Shown here piece by piece: positions 1-11,695 of a stretch of DNA of 64,000 bases; position 1 is the stretch's first letter, and every line of letters begins with the position of its first letter. The notes beneath the pieces are model-generated. The model had not been told where the DNA came from. It was given only the letters and a program-made list of their open reading frames with translations, and searched no databases. The position numbers were made by a program, and so were the translations under genes. Location: the NCBI GenBank assembly GCA_000708835.1, contig DF237120.1, forward strand, positions 62,001 to 126,000. The letters are read 5' to 3'. This stretch comes from Klebsormidium nitens (lineage: Eukaryota > Plantae > Klebsormidiophyceae).

Positions 1-1190
1 TTCGGTAGTTTCGTTTTCCAACAGCTGTTCCGAACCGTTTCGCTGCGTCATAACCTCATGGGCCTGCAATAATTCTCAAGAGCCATCTCATATGGACGTC
101 AAGAAGCTCTGCATGGCCGCATCTCGCACTGAACGCTGCCTAAAAACTCGGACCCCGTTTTCACACCCGTTTCTCTGCAGCCGAACGATAGCGGACAACG
201 ATCTTTTGCGTTTGTCTTGAGGTTAACTAGCGCTCTCTCAGAACCTTCGGAAAGATTGAAGTAAGATGGGGATGGCAGCTTCTTCGCGCATTCGCGGTTT
301 TTGCGCTTTCTGCGTTTCTTGGGCTTGCGCTTTTTGAGAGCTGCAACCAGGGGACAAAGTATTTGAAAGGGGACAGATCTGTGTGGAGCTTCAGAGGATG
401 TTGATTAAAGCTGCTGAAACCTCGCAGTCCAAAACGCAGTCAAAGAGTCAACGTTGTCGGATGCATGAAGCAGTGTACTCTCCTCGAACGTACAAACCCC
501 GCCAGTCAGCCGATCGTGTTTGGAGTGTGCGATGACGTGACGTCTATGACCCAACGGAGCCCGTTATTCGGCAGATTCGTTTTTAAACAGCTGTTCCGAA
601 CCGGTTCGATGCGTCAAAACCCGGGCCCGGGGCCTCTCATCATTCTTGGCATCTCATAGACGTCAGAAGAGAAGTGATTGCAGCGTCTTTTGCGCTTTTG
701 GGCTTGAGCGATTTCGGAGCTGCAGCTTAGATCCGAGGGCAGCGTCAAAGGACTGGTAAAAGATGCTGAAACTTCGCAGTCAAAAAGTCAGCTGCAGCCG
801 TGCGGGTGCGCATCAAGCACCATACTCTTTTCCAAGCGCACCTGCAGTCAAGATTGAAATGTGCGATGTGACTTCCGTGACCCACCGAACCGGAGCCCCT
901 TGTTCGGCGGTTTCGGTTTTGAAGACCTGTTTCGAAACGGTTTGAAAGCATTTATAACCTCAGGCTAGGGCCTGCTAGGATTCTAGGCATGCATCTCGTA
1001 TGGACGTCAAACTGCCCGGATTGGCCGCATCTCGCCCTGAACGTTGGCTTCGCAGTTTGGGCTGGCTTCGAAAGGCAGGCGTTCTCTGATCTGACTCGAC
1101 CCGAGTCCCTTTTTGCCTTCGGCTGCGCCCGGGCCCCGAACCCTTTACCGTCAGTAAAAAGCTTCAATGTCAACCTGCGTCCGTGAGTTC
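1..1190. repeat. Degenerate tandem repeat, ~340 bp period, about 3 units, probably continuing left of the window
   Basis: Shared blocks recur: 'cagctgttccgaacc' (~22, ~589; variant 'cctgtttcgaaac' ~926), 'catctc(a/g)ta(tg)gacgtca' (~84, ~650, ~992), 'aaag(c/a)tgctgaaac(c/t)tcgcagtc' (~407, ~758) and 'gtgcgatg..gtgac' (~526, ~861). The first unit is longer. Boundaries are approximate. Confidence 0.7.
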
Positions 1191-1242
1191 TGATGGCGTG
1201 ACAGCAAGCCCCCTCGCGCGCGCACAGGAACGATTGGGCTAG

Positions 1243-1440
1243 CGCTGCTAACCAGGCTGAAACGAAACCACAAGTTAATTGAGTCTCAGGTTATTGGACA
1301 ATAAGTTAAACATCCACGCCTTCACCTTGTGTGAATTTTAAAGGGCTGGTTACCGCCCAAGTCTGGTTTCCCGTACTGATAACCACTTCTTAACCAGCCC
1401 ATAGCCAGCCCATGACCCTATATGGGTTAAATGGCCAGAA
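1243..1440 (+). repeat. Dispersed hairpin-type repeat family, copy 1 (MITE-like or TE terminus)
   Basis: Shares 'gctgctaaccaggctg', 'ggttattggaca', 'cgcccaagtctgg' and 'gataacca..ttaacc.gccca' with the copy at 3850 and, in reverse, with 7605-7765. Confidence 0.6.
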
Positions 1441-2689
1441 ATACCTGGGCGCTTGCCCGGTTTCCGGCTCCTCTTGCGTCTACTTCCGCTCGCGCAAGCT
1501 TGCAACTTGTGGTGAAAGATACTGCACACACCGAAACATATGGAGGAAGAACAGTCGTACGTCAGCTTTTGGAAGTTCGGGAGGGGTTTTTGACCACACA
1601 TTCAGCGGTTTAAATTGCTCGTACTACGCTCATACTGTTCTATCTGGTTTATGAACGTTTAGAGATCCAACTGTGGAAGCAAACCGCAAAGTTTCAAGCA
1701 CACAACCATCTGTAACTCAAGCCTCTCTAGAATCGAGTAGTTGACTCTTTTCGATAAGAGGGGATTGGCTATACTGTGAAGGACCTTCTATTCGCAGCTT
1801 TCAGTTGAAGCGATAGCGGCAGCTGCTTTTGACTCTATCTCACTGCGCATTGAGTGCGGGGGCAATGAGTGCGCCGGAGTCTTGGACAGCTGTACAGAGA
1901 ATAGCAGCTAGCTCCTCGCCGTCAAACTCGCTGACGTACAGCTGATGTCAGCAGCTTGGAAAACGACTTCGTAGTCACTGTCAACGCGACGCGGTTTGCG
2001 GTTTTCGTGATCGACGTGGCGCCTCGAGCGATTTGACCATCATCATTTGGACGTACAGTGGGTTTGATGTGACTTGCACCATTGGCTCGTGCAGGAGTAA
2101 GGCAGAAGGGGAGAGTCTCCGTCAGAAAGGGAGTTCTGTGCCATCTTTGATAGTCAGAAAACAAAATCTTGTGTAAACTTCGCGAAGAGGCAGGATCTAC
2201 TGTACCAATCAATTCTGGGATTTTGCGGACGTACCATGTAGAGACTCTCAAGACGCTCGAGATGAGCATGCGATTCCCTCCTACCAGGGGGCCAATCACG
2301 CTAGCTGAGAGCAAGGGCGGGCTCCCCCCCGATAAAGTATGCGAGGAAGAAGACGCTACACCTGCGCTCGCGACAATAAGACAACGCAAAGGAAGAAGAC
2401 TTCGCTTTCACTAGCTAGGTGTACCTTATTACACTCAATGTATCGTCTGGTCTTAATTTGTTTCGTTTTGCGTCCTTGTCAGTAAGCCGTCGTGACTTGC
2501 TCGTAATCTGTCTCACTTGTTTTACTCGCAGGTCGGCCTGGCTCCTTGTTGTTCATTTCAGACGACAAAAGCGCCAACGCACCAACGTTTTGATCAACTC
2601 GCTCCATATTTCGTTTACCTTGGATATACCGTTTGGACCGTTGTGGTTGTTTCCTCTCTGTCAGGTACTCGACGCCCTGTTTGCCATTA

Positions 2690-3130
2690 AATCCACAACA
2701 GCCACTTTACTACTGCGGCAAGACTGTCCCCATAGCTGTCTCCCGTTCCGTTTCCGCTTCCGGGCTCACTCCGGTTCTGTTCTTCTACTAGGTACGGCAT
2801 GCTGCGGATGGGCTTGCCGCCTCCTTCTCCATCCACAATCAACAATATTCACTTTCTTCCTGCGGCAAGACTATAAGCTCAGAAGTACGTCCCGCTCGAT
2901 TTCCGCTTCCGTTGTATATTCCAGTCCCGTGCTTCCGAGTCTGCAAGTCTTTCTTGCTAGTACGAACATGGGCCTGGCGCCCTGCTTTTGCTTCACAGTC
3001 GAAAACACCGCTACTTCATCCAGAGCGCAGCTTCCGCGTAATACCGTTTCCGGCCTGATTCTGCTTCTGTACTTCCGCCAGGTATTCCGCGGCAGTGCGG
3101 ATGGGCCTGGCGCCCTGCTCGGCGTTCAAC
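2690..3130. repeat. Degenerate internal repeats (~130-150 bp), probably TE-derived
   Basis: 'ctgcggcaagact' occurs at ~2713 and ~2860, 'tttccgcttccg' at ~2751 and ~2900, and 'atgggcctggcgccctgct' at ~2968 and ~3100. Confidence 0.45.
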
Positions 3131-3849
3131 TAGACCAACCCAAAAGGTACGTTCCGCTTGTGTTTCATCTCCGGTCTCATTTTGGTTCCGTCCTTTTGCA
3201 AGGACGTACTCATCAGGCCTTGACCCGATTCCAAGTGGCTCCTGGTTTCCGCTGCGGGGCCGGTTTAACGCTTCGCTTTCGATACTTGTAGGAGGACATC
3301 GACTTCTGCCTAAAGTCGTACGGATGCAGGCCCCAAAAGTACATAGAGTGACTTTCTTATCGGCCCCTGTTTCTCCCCGTTTCACTTCTAACAACCTTTT
3401 GCATTTGTAATCAGAGGTCTGACATCACATTCTCAGCGCTTCATGAGGGCGTCTCGCCACGTGGCTGACCAAGACGCAGCCATAGGTCCGTGATAGGATC
3501 CTCTGAGCTCTTCGTGGCACGTGCTGTTTTCAGCGACCGTCAGAGCGGAACGTCAGCGAGTTGGTTGCGCCGGGAACAAGTGGTCCCCTGACATTCTGAA
3601 AGTGAGCGTGGGCTCGTGCTGGAAAATCCGCAGCAGCTGTGGTAGACGGTTCGCGGTTTAAACCCTCACGTACTGTATACTGAGCGGTGAGTTATGTACA
3701 TCAAGAATGATCTTCGCAAAACCTTAATTGTCCGGTTTGTATACATCGAAGTACACAAACGAAGTCGATCGGTCGTTCTGTCCGACTCGACGTTTCCCTG
3801 GCTGCCCTGACGCTGGCCGAAATGTCCACAGCGGTTTCACAGGAAGTTT

Positions 3850-4010
3850 TGGCTGCTAACCAGGCTGGTAACCAGACTTGGGCGTTGGGTTATTGGACAG
3901 CTTACCGGGGCTTCAACCTTGTTCCGAGGCTGTTTAACGCCCAAGTCTGGCTACTGGACAGATAACCAGATTTTAACCTGCCCAGAACCGTCCTTGGTTA
4001 AGGGCCAAAA
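3850..4010 (+). repeat. Dispersed hairpin-type repeat family, copy 2
   Basis: Same blocks as the copy at 1243. It contains a perfect 15-bp inverted repeat, ccagacttgggcgtt (3872-3886) / aacgcccaagtctgg (3936-3950). Confidence 0.65.
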
Positions 4011-5873
4011 AATCCTGTGTTTCATTGATGTCAGACCTCAATAGCGGGCATGCGCTACCTGACGTCATCTCTCAGCCATCTCGATTGTGCATAAACGATT
4101 ACTAACAACAGAAGCAAAGTATGCAACGAAATAAGAGACGACGCAAAGGTCAATTAGCTATTCCGCAACAACCGGTTCGGCATCGCCCACTGCCCCTTCT
4201 CCAAACTACGACTGGCCTCCACGGGTTTGTTTGTTTGCGTGCTTTGATCTTTTCACCCCTTTTGTTATTTACTAAGCGAGACGGTGGACTAGTACCATTG
4301 AACGAAAGCAGCTTTAGATCCTCGTTGCGGCCCTGCATTCACTTCTAAAGAGCTTCGGTGCAAGCCTACGCTGATACGGGTGTTTACCCACGTGGCCCTT
4401 CAAGCCTTACACATCCTTTGCTTTTTTCGGGTCGCTGCGGTTTGGACCAACGCATGCCCTTTCGAGCGACCCGTCGGGGGGGACCCTCCCCTAGTAGGTC
4501 GCCCGAAACGGAAAGCCGGACCCTAGACGCCCTGTTTCAGACTTTTCAGGCGCCTCGTGAGCCGGGAAAATAGCCTAAATTCGAGTGCTCGTCTCGTCGC
4601 AGACGTGGTTAGGCAATTTACTGCACCGTCGGCCTGGGCTCTGAAATACTACGCCGGCATGCTCGTCGCAAAGACACCACTTGCTTCTTTAGAAAGCAAC
4701 GGACAGTCGATGGGAGGCTGCAGCTTCACATGGTTCCCGAGCCTGGCTATTATTTCGAGATTGCTTTCGAGTGTGGAACCGATCGAGACAAAATGGTGAC
4801 CCGGGCAAAAGCTAGCAAGTCTCCTCTGCATGGACGTGGTTGCACGACGGTGAGATCGACATTTGAATCTTCCATTCAATAGCAGACGGCCGCCCGCCGA
4901 TGTCACAGTGGTCTGCAAACCCGAATCAGATCCCAAACCCGAATCGTTCATCAGTAGCCACTTTGCTGACGTCATACTACGTGGGAGCGGAGTCAAGGAG
5001 AATCAGTAATTTCGGGCCACTGCGGCCGCCCGCCGGGGATGCTGCTGGAGGGCTGCCGTGGCAAGGTTCAGGGTTTTGACCGGCCGGGCTTCACCTCCCG
5101 AATGATTGGTTTAATTTAACGAACCAGACGAACCCGGTAGCCCAGGGTTTCAACTTTCGCCCCTAAACCCCGCCAGGTCAGCCCTTCCCGGCACCCGGGC
5201 CGGTCCCAGAGTTAGTACTAACTCTCCTAGACCCCGCTCTTGAGGTCAAGACTCAATCCGGGATCCCTCTGACAATGTGACGACATCTAGGATTTAAAAA
5301 GGGGTGGGAAGATTCAGTGCCAGTCTTTGAGAACCAATGCCGCGCAATACCTACGAGTCCACCATGTGCCAGAGGGTCCCCATCCCCAGCTCTGAAAGTC
5401 CTGACACAGTACGTTAGGAAACGGTGCGCAATGCGTCATCATTCATGGCGAATCCAAGTTCCAACTTCCTGTTCGTCTTTTCTGCGGGCGCCGCACTGTC
5501 GTTGCTGCGCCTGTCGCGTGGTGCGCCCTAGAGTCTGCTGGCTCCGCACCAGCTGTTCCTGCTGCTCTGCTGCTCTTCTCGCGGTTCCCTGTAGACGCAC
5601 AAGCAGCACAGCAGCTCCGCTTAATTGTGGGAGTCGCCCCTAACAAAGCTGGCGGACCTGGCCGAAACCTGCTGAAATCACCATCAGGACTTTGCAAAAA
5701 GACGTTCGAGTGCCCTGCGCACGGCCCTGCCACGGTAGGGCGGCAAAGTGCCGCATTGCTGTTGTAGCTGCTGGTTAACAGGCTGGAGAGTTGCATTTCA
5801 GCAACCGACAAGGTGACTAGGTTCGTAAGTATTGTGCAACGACAGTTGCAACCGTGTATTATAGTCCGGTCAG

Positions 5874-8800
5874 ATGGAGCCCAACCAGGGGGCCGCAGGG
5901 TATCCATACCAACAGCCAGGCTATCCTCAACAGCAACAGACGTATCCACCTCATCCAGGGTACCCGCAGCAACCGGCAGGATATGCCCCACAACCGGCAG
6001 GTTATCCCCCCCAACCCGCGAGTTATCCCCAGCAGCCGGCAGATTATGCCCAGCAGCCGGGAGGTTATGCCCAGCAGCCGGGAGGTTATGACCAGCAACC
6101 AGCAGGGTATCCGCCGCAACAAGCGGGATATCCCCCTCACCAAGCAGGTTACCCACCTCAGCAAGCCGGAATCTACCCGCCACAACAACCAGGGTATCCC
6201 CCCTACAATGGCAATGCCCCCCTGATGCAAGCTCCCCCCATTCAGGTGCATTTACTTTTCTGCTCTCACTTTGCTTTTGCAGCAGTTTGCATTGTTGGCT
6301 CCTGTCCAAACAAAGTGCTAAAGGAACGGCTTGGATAACAGAAGTGTGATTGGAGGCTCATTTGGGCCTGGCAGCTAGTGATCTCTTGCTTTGTCGAAGG
6401 CAATGTAGGTATTCTAGTGTTGGGGGCTCTTTTCTTCATGCAGAGATTTGCACTTGGCTTGCTTGGTTCCTTGAAGACCTACTACAAACCAGCAGATGCT
6501 TTCTTGACTTGTGTTCGATTTCTAGGCCTTCATGTGCTGCCCTTGGATCTTTCAAGACTGCTCAATTGAGTTTTCATTTGCCATGAATCTGCTCTTGAAG
6601 CCCTCTATTCCTCAGCTCCACTGAGCTTTCAGTACACCATCACGATCTTGATCTGAGCAATTTACTGAAGGAATAATTGTGGTGAACTTTCTTGCGAGGG
6701 ACTTGCTTAAATCCACAACTATATCCCCAATCAGCTCGTTGAGATCATGCAACGCAATCCACCCTTCTCGGAACCTGTTTTTCGGCATTGTAATGAGACA
6801 CGACAACCATATGCGTGAGTTGCTTCAATACGATTCTTCTTTGCCCCCTTTGGGATGATGATCACGAGACTGATTGATGCCCTGCCCGGTGTCGGCATTA
6901 TCAGGGATCCCTCTCACAATCTTGATTGGAGTGCGCCACTGAAGGTATTGTTCCAAGCTAGGACTCTAAATGAGCTCAGTGTAATACAACTGTTTGCTTT
7001 TTACCCCCTCCTTCAGGTGATGACCACAGACTGGATAGGCTCCCCAGGTATTTTATCCGCTAGGAGTCCCAATGCTTGCTCAAGGGATGCGCTTAACGTG
7101 ATAGACCTTCACTTAATCAGCTCTTTAAAAATCAAGATCTTCTCTCCCCACCCCTCAGATGATGACATCGAGACTGGATGCGCTTCCCGGCGTCGTCATT
7201 CGGCAGGAGTCTCAGTGGCTCGAGATGATCGCCCAACTTGCGCTCGATCTCCCCTACGAGGCGGCCAACAAGTACAAGGTCGCTCCGCTGCCACCTGGCA
7301 GGCGCGCGGCGCGCGACCACCTGCAGACTCCTGACAGGTGGCGCTTCCGAACTTTAGTACAAACTTGGACATTGGAGTGCAGTGTTGTTTGGATCAGCAT
7401 CGTAGAGAAGTGCCGGTGTGCAATTTAGCTCCTCAATAAACTCTAGAACCAGGCTCACTTGAAAAGGTTCAATAAATTGAAAGCTAGGGGGCCTGGGTAT
7501 TGCAGCCCAAAGCGAAGGTTGCTCAAAGACTGTCTTTGAAAACCCAATGCTGGAAGGACCCTGTGGTTTAAGCACAGCGTCCTGAAGAAGCACATGGATT
7601 CTCGGCGGTTAAATTAGTTGTTTACGGGCTGGTTCAAAGCTGGTTGATTGTCCAATAACCAGACTCAAGCGGTAACCATGCTTTTAGCATGGCTATAACG
7701 AGGTTATTGGTCAAAGAACCACACTGAACTCTGGTTATCAAACCTGTTTAGCAGCCATACCTTCCTGTGAAGCAGACTTGCAGCATTTCAAACATACTTA
7801 GTGGCCTCGATGAATAGTGCGCAACACGCGGCTGCTTTCCTGTAACGTCCCTCTTGCCCCCATAGAACTCAGCACCAGCGACTCATAGATCAGGGACATA
7901 ATAGGTTTTTCCACGTAGACCTTTGACTGTAGAGTCGTCCCTTTAAGATTTTTGGCTCGTAACTTTTTGACCTATAGGTCTTGTCTCAAGTAACTTCTGA
8001 ATCAGTTTGATTCCTTGACAGGTGGCGCCCGAAGGGCGAGGAGCTCGAGGCCCTCCCCACCCTGATGCGCGTTGAGGAAGACTCCGGCTGTTGCACCCGG
8101 TGCCTCTTCACCTGCTTGGGGTGCGCAAACCTGAGGCCGCTCAAGCTACACTTTCTGGAGGGGGGGGGCGAGAGCTACACGGTTCAGCGGCCGTTCCGCA
8201 TGGGTGGCGGATGTTGCTGCCCGCTCGAGATGACGATGACGCGCGGGCCGGAGGTGCTCGGGAAGGTGCTGGAGGACTGCAACCCGTTCTGCGGCCCGCG
8301 GTAAGCCGCAGGGGAAAATTCCCATCATAGTTGGTACTTCCTCCTTAAACGTTTCTTTAAAACGCCTCTTTGCGTGGGCCGGACGTGCGTGGGAAGGTGC
8401 TGGACGATTGCAACCCATTCTGCGGCCTGCGGTGCGTGCTTAAAAAGCATTCTAGTTGTCACCTTGTACTTAAAAGCCTTTCTTTGTGGCTGCAGTTTCT
8501 GATTAACTCAACGTTTTTGAAAGACCTCTTGTGCCACATGTGCTGAGAAGGATGTTAAAGGACAGCAACCAGTTCTGCGGCCCGCGGTATGTGCGACATA
8601 ATGAATCTCGATTCTAGTTGTCACCTCTTTCACAAACCCCGTCTTTTTGGTTGTAGCTTCCTTTCAAGGTAGCTTCGTCTTTGACCGCTATGTTGTGAAA
8701 ACGCCCTCTTGCACGGGCCGGAGTGCTCAAGAAGGTGCTGGAAAGTTGCAACCCGTTTTGCGGGTCCTGATGAGTGCGGCACGACGAGCTCCCGACTCTA

Positions 8801-10629
8801 GTGTGTTATTGCTCTTGAATCTAAGAGCAATCCGTATTTGAGCTGCAGCTAACTTTCTAAAAACGCCTCATCTTATCTGTTGCCCTGTGATTCTGGACCA
8901 GTGCCTCATCGACTGGCTGACGACGTTTTTCTCCCAATAGTGGTTGCAATAGCTATTGGCATCGCCTTTCGCTTCTTCTTTCTTTTTGAGCACTGAAATG
9001 TTTTCTGAAGCTTTTGTCCAAACTTACAATCCAGCCCTGAATCCAGACATGTTTTCTTGACAACAAAGTCACTCCGACATCTGGTAATCAGCCAGCAGCC
9101 TGAGTTGCTGAAGTGATGTTTGTCTTCCCAGACACGCAATGGTTGAGCTTAAGACTTGAATCCTGTATGCCATTCGCAGTTGCTACCAGTGCTGCTTCCT
9201 AACAACCAGGCAACCGCCCAGCGTGGCCCGAGACGTTCTCGATGTAAACCCGGTTAGAGTGTATCTGTAGCGATGTAAACCCTTCGACGTCAAAGCAAAG
9301 CCGTCCCCCACTTGTAGTCGCTGCCAGTGCTGCTTCCCAGGAAATGTTTACAAAGTTTTGAGGGCGCGGTCGCTCGATTCTGTTCTTGCCTCGCACATCC
9401 AAATCTACCCTTGAAAGTCGAAACCTGAACCCAAAACTCGGTAACCCCGAACTCGCAGTTGCTGCCAGTACTGCTTCCTGTGGACGTGTTACACCAATGT
9501 CCTCACCGGCCGCCCCCCCAGCCTGACCCACAAGTACACGCTCCGCGTCGGCATGGCCTGCTGCGGCCGCGTCAACAACTGCTGCGGCGCCACGTGTCTC
9601 AAGGATGACCTCATCATTGACGTGCTGGACAAGGAGGGCAAGCTGGTCGCGACCATCCAGAAGACGTATGCGCCGTCCAATGATTGTAGCGCGTTCTGCC
9701 GCTGCCTCGGGCAGTTCAGGTGGGTTTGTCCGAACGAGAATCGTCCAGTTTTGTACAATAACAAGCCTTTTCTGGCGGGACTTTTCAGATTCGTTGTTTT
9801 GCCGAGGAAAAGCTATTTAAGATGCTATTCTTAGGTTTTTTGTTGAGGGAGAGATACTGATGTGCGCGGCGAAAGCGGCGATTACGTTGCTGGGTTTAGG
9901 TTCATGTAAAGGACATCCTTCCGGACAGGGACGTGCTTGGCTCCAAGGTTACGGCAGTACTTAAGGAAGCGTGACGTCAGCCTGGGGGATAAGGGTCCTG
10001 TAGACCCTCTTCTACTACTGGAGTTGATAGACGTGTTCATTACGAAAGCCCAAACCGATGCTTGGGCCAAGACAGATTCACCGCCAAAAAGGGTTCACTT
10101 TTCTAAGAGGCTTGCTTGATTCGGCTTTACTTCGTCATCTAGTATGAGTGTGCTTGATTGTGGGATCTTACGTTGTATCCGTTCAACCCGGATTATACGT
10201 TCGTCTCGAGTTTTTAATAACCAGCATCTGATATGTGCTGCCTCAGATTCCAACCTACCCTATTCCGAGGAATCCGGCGTTCTTTTCAGAAATGTTGGGT
10301 CCACGATTGGCGCCTTTAGCAAAGATTGCCGAGTTCGATGGCTCAGTTTGTCCCGTGATCATTGTCTCATGAGCAGCGGGTTGACAATCTACTGTGGTGA
10401 TGTCATCACAGAGGTGCGGATGACATTCCGGACGAGTAATCGATTGGCAGAAGTTTCTGGTAAACTAAATATTTTACCTCGTGTTGCATGCAGTAACTTC
10501 ATCGTCGAGTTTCCGCCGGATGCCACCGAAACGGATCGGGCCATGCTGCTGGCCGCTATTTTCTCGATAGACTACCAGCTCTTTGAGAAGACCGGGAACG
10601 AGAACAACAACAACTCAAGCAACAGCTAA
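5874..10629 (+). CDS. Phospholipid scramblase family protein (408 aa, 5 exons)
   Basis: Exons 5874-6245, 7159-7337, 8022-8300, 9459-9719 and 10494-10629 all have GT-AG ends, matching phases (0,2,2,2) and sum to 1227 nt. The product has a Pro/Gln/Tyr-rich N-terminus, Cys clusters ([23 protein letters not shown]) and the C-terminal '[30 protein letters not shown]' typical of scramblases. Confidence 0.88.
5945..6200 (+). repeat. Coding 21-bp minisatellite encoding YPQQPAG-like heptads in scramblase exon 1
   Basis: Repeats of 'cagcagccgg(c/g)ag(a/g)ttatg' and variants; the translation is [44 protein letters not shown]. Confidence 0.8.
6855..7060 (+). repeat. Two decayed intronic copies of the start of scramblase exon 2
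   Basis: 6855 'atgatgatcacgagactgattgatgccctgcccggtgtcggcatt' and 7017 'gtgatgaccacagactggataggctccccaggt' resemble the real exon start at 7159, 'atgatgacatcgagactggatgcgcttcccggcgtcgtcatt'. Confidence 0.7.
7605..7765 (-). repeat. Dispersed hairpin-type repeat family, copy 3 (inverted), inside scramblase intron 2
   Basis: The reverse complement reads 'ggctgctaaacaggtttgataaccag...gagtctggttattggacaat...aaccagccc', matching the copies at 1243 and 3850. Confidence 0.6.
8375..8810 (+). repeat. Three decayed tandem copies of the scramblase exon 3 end, donor and intron start
   Basis: The real junction is 'gggaaggtgctggaggactgcaacccgttctgcggcccgcg|gtaagc' (ends 8300). Copies are 'gggaaggtgctggacgattgcaacccattctgcggcctgcg|gtgcgt' (8431), 'ggacagcaaccagttctgcggcccgcg|gtatgt' (8586) and 'aaggtgctggaaagttgcaacccgttttgcggg' (~8765). 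'attctagttgtcacc' follows in two of the copies. Confidence 0.85.
9170..9340 (+). repeat. Two decayed copies of the scramblase exon 4 acceptor and exon start
   Basis: 'ttcgcag|ttgctaccagtgctgcttcc' (AG ends 9179) and 'ttgtag|tcgctgccagtgctgcttcc' (9317) match the real 'ctcgcag|ttgctgccagtactgcttcc' (9458). Offsets are 138 and 141 bp. Confidence 0.8.
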
Positions 10630-11695
10630 ATGGCTCCTGAGTATGGCCCTATTTGGAAGGAGATGTCTTCGACCTGAGATAGGAGGTATTTGAGTATGGT
10701 GGTTCGCTAAAGCAGAACCCTTAATGACGTTCTTAGCCTTCGAAAGCAAGGATTACTGAGCTTACCGTGTATGTACATACCGTACGACCAAGGTATGATT
10801 CCGAATAGATAGATAATGATTTGCGTTCGGAAAGTTGGAAATTTCGGATAAGCAGTCGGATTTTGCTTTTTCGGAAAGTAGTTTTTAGCCCGTATGGATA
10901 TCGTGTACGTAATTTGTGCACTTGTGTCTCGAAACTAATTCAGTGAGTATCAACCACTGAAACCTCACAGGCTTCGTTTGTTTGTATTACTGTCAACTTA
11001 TACGCGACCGGACCGTCTCACCCAAGCTAGCTGATGATGATGGCCGGTGAGTTTGACACGAACGAATATACATATGATTTCATCTGATCCTAGCTAAGTG
11101 ATCGAATGAACTTGATCTCTGATTGGCCCGCGTTCAAATCTCGATCCGATCATTCTCGAGCTAGTTGACTATGATCGATGTTATGAAGCGATCATGACAT
11201 GCGGCGGCATCATTGCAAAGTCATATAGAGAGGCCAAAGCTGATATGAACCATGTCAACCGTTAACATGCATGCTTCAATCTGTCGACTTTAATATATGG
11301 CGGCATGTTTTCGGAACGCGTCCGACATGACTCGCTACAATGGGTTTGGATCGCAAACATTGTTGCTAATCATAGTATATAAGTGCCTGTCGACTCAGAA
11401 ATTAATGCATTGAATTGTTGGAACCACATCATCCGACATGCCACTGCGCTGGCAACGAGTCGAGTACGGCAGTCCGGTCCAGATCATCGTATGGCTTGCA
11501 AAAGTTTCAAGTGGGTGTCTTAGGCTACAGGATGGAAGACAACGGCCAAAGTACATTCATGTTCGAAGTTGCTCTGCTATGGTACATCGAGAAGCAAGTT
11601 GCCGGAGCTACCAAAATGAAGGTCTATGTAATACTGAAGCAGCTTACGATCAATCTGCTTCTTGCAATTTTTACAATCGGACCCGTTTTACATGA

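Noticed and set aside
2419-3291. 290-aa plus-strand ORF
   Set aside because: It starts at GTG, has no recognisable motif and overlies degenerate repeats. It is probably an open frame by composition.
5443-6309. 288-aa and 130-aa minus-strand ORFs
   Set aside because: They are antisense shadows of the Pro/Gln coding repeat in scramblase exon 1.
10144-10493. 5' part of the 161-aa ORF as coding
   Set aside because: Only the part after the acceptor at 10493 looks like scramblase; the upstream part is open intron.
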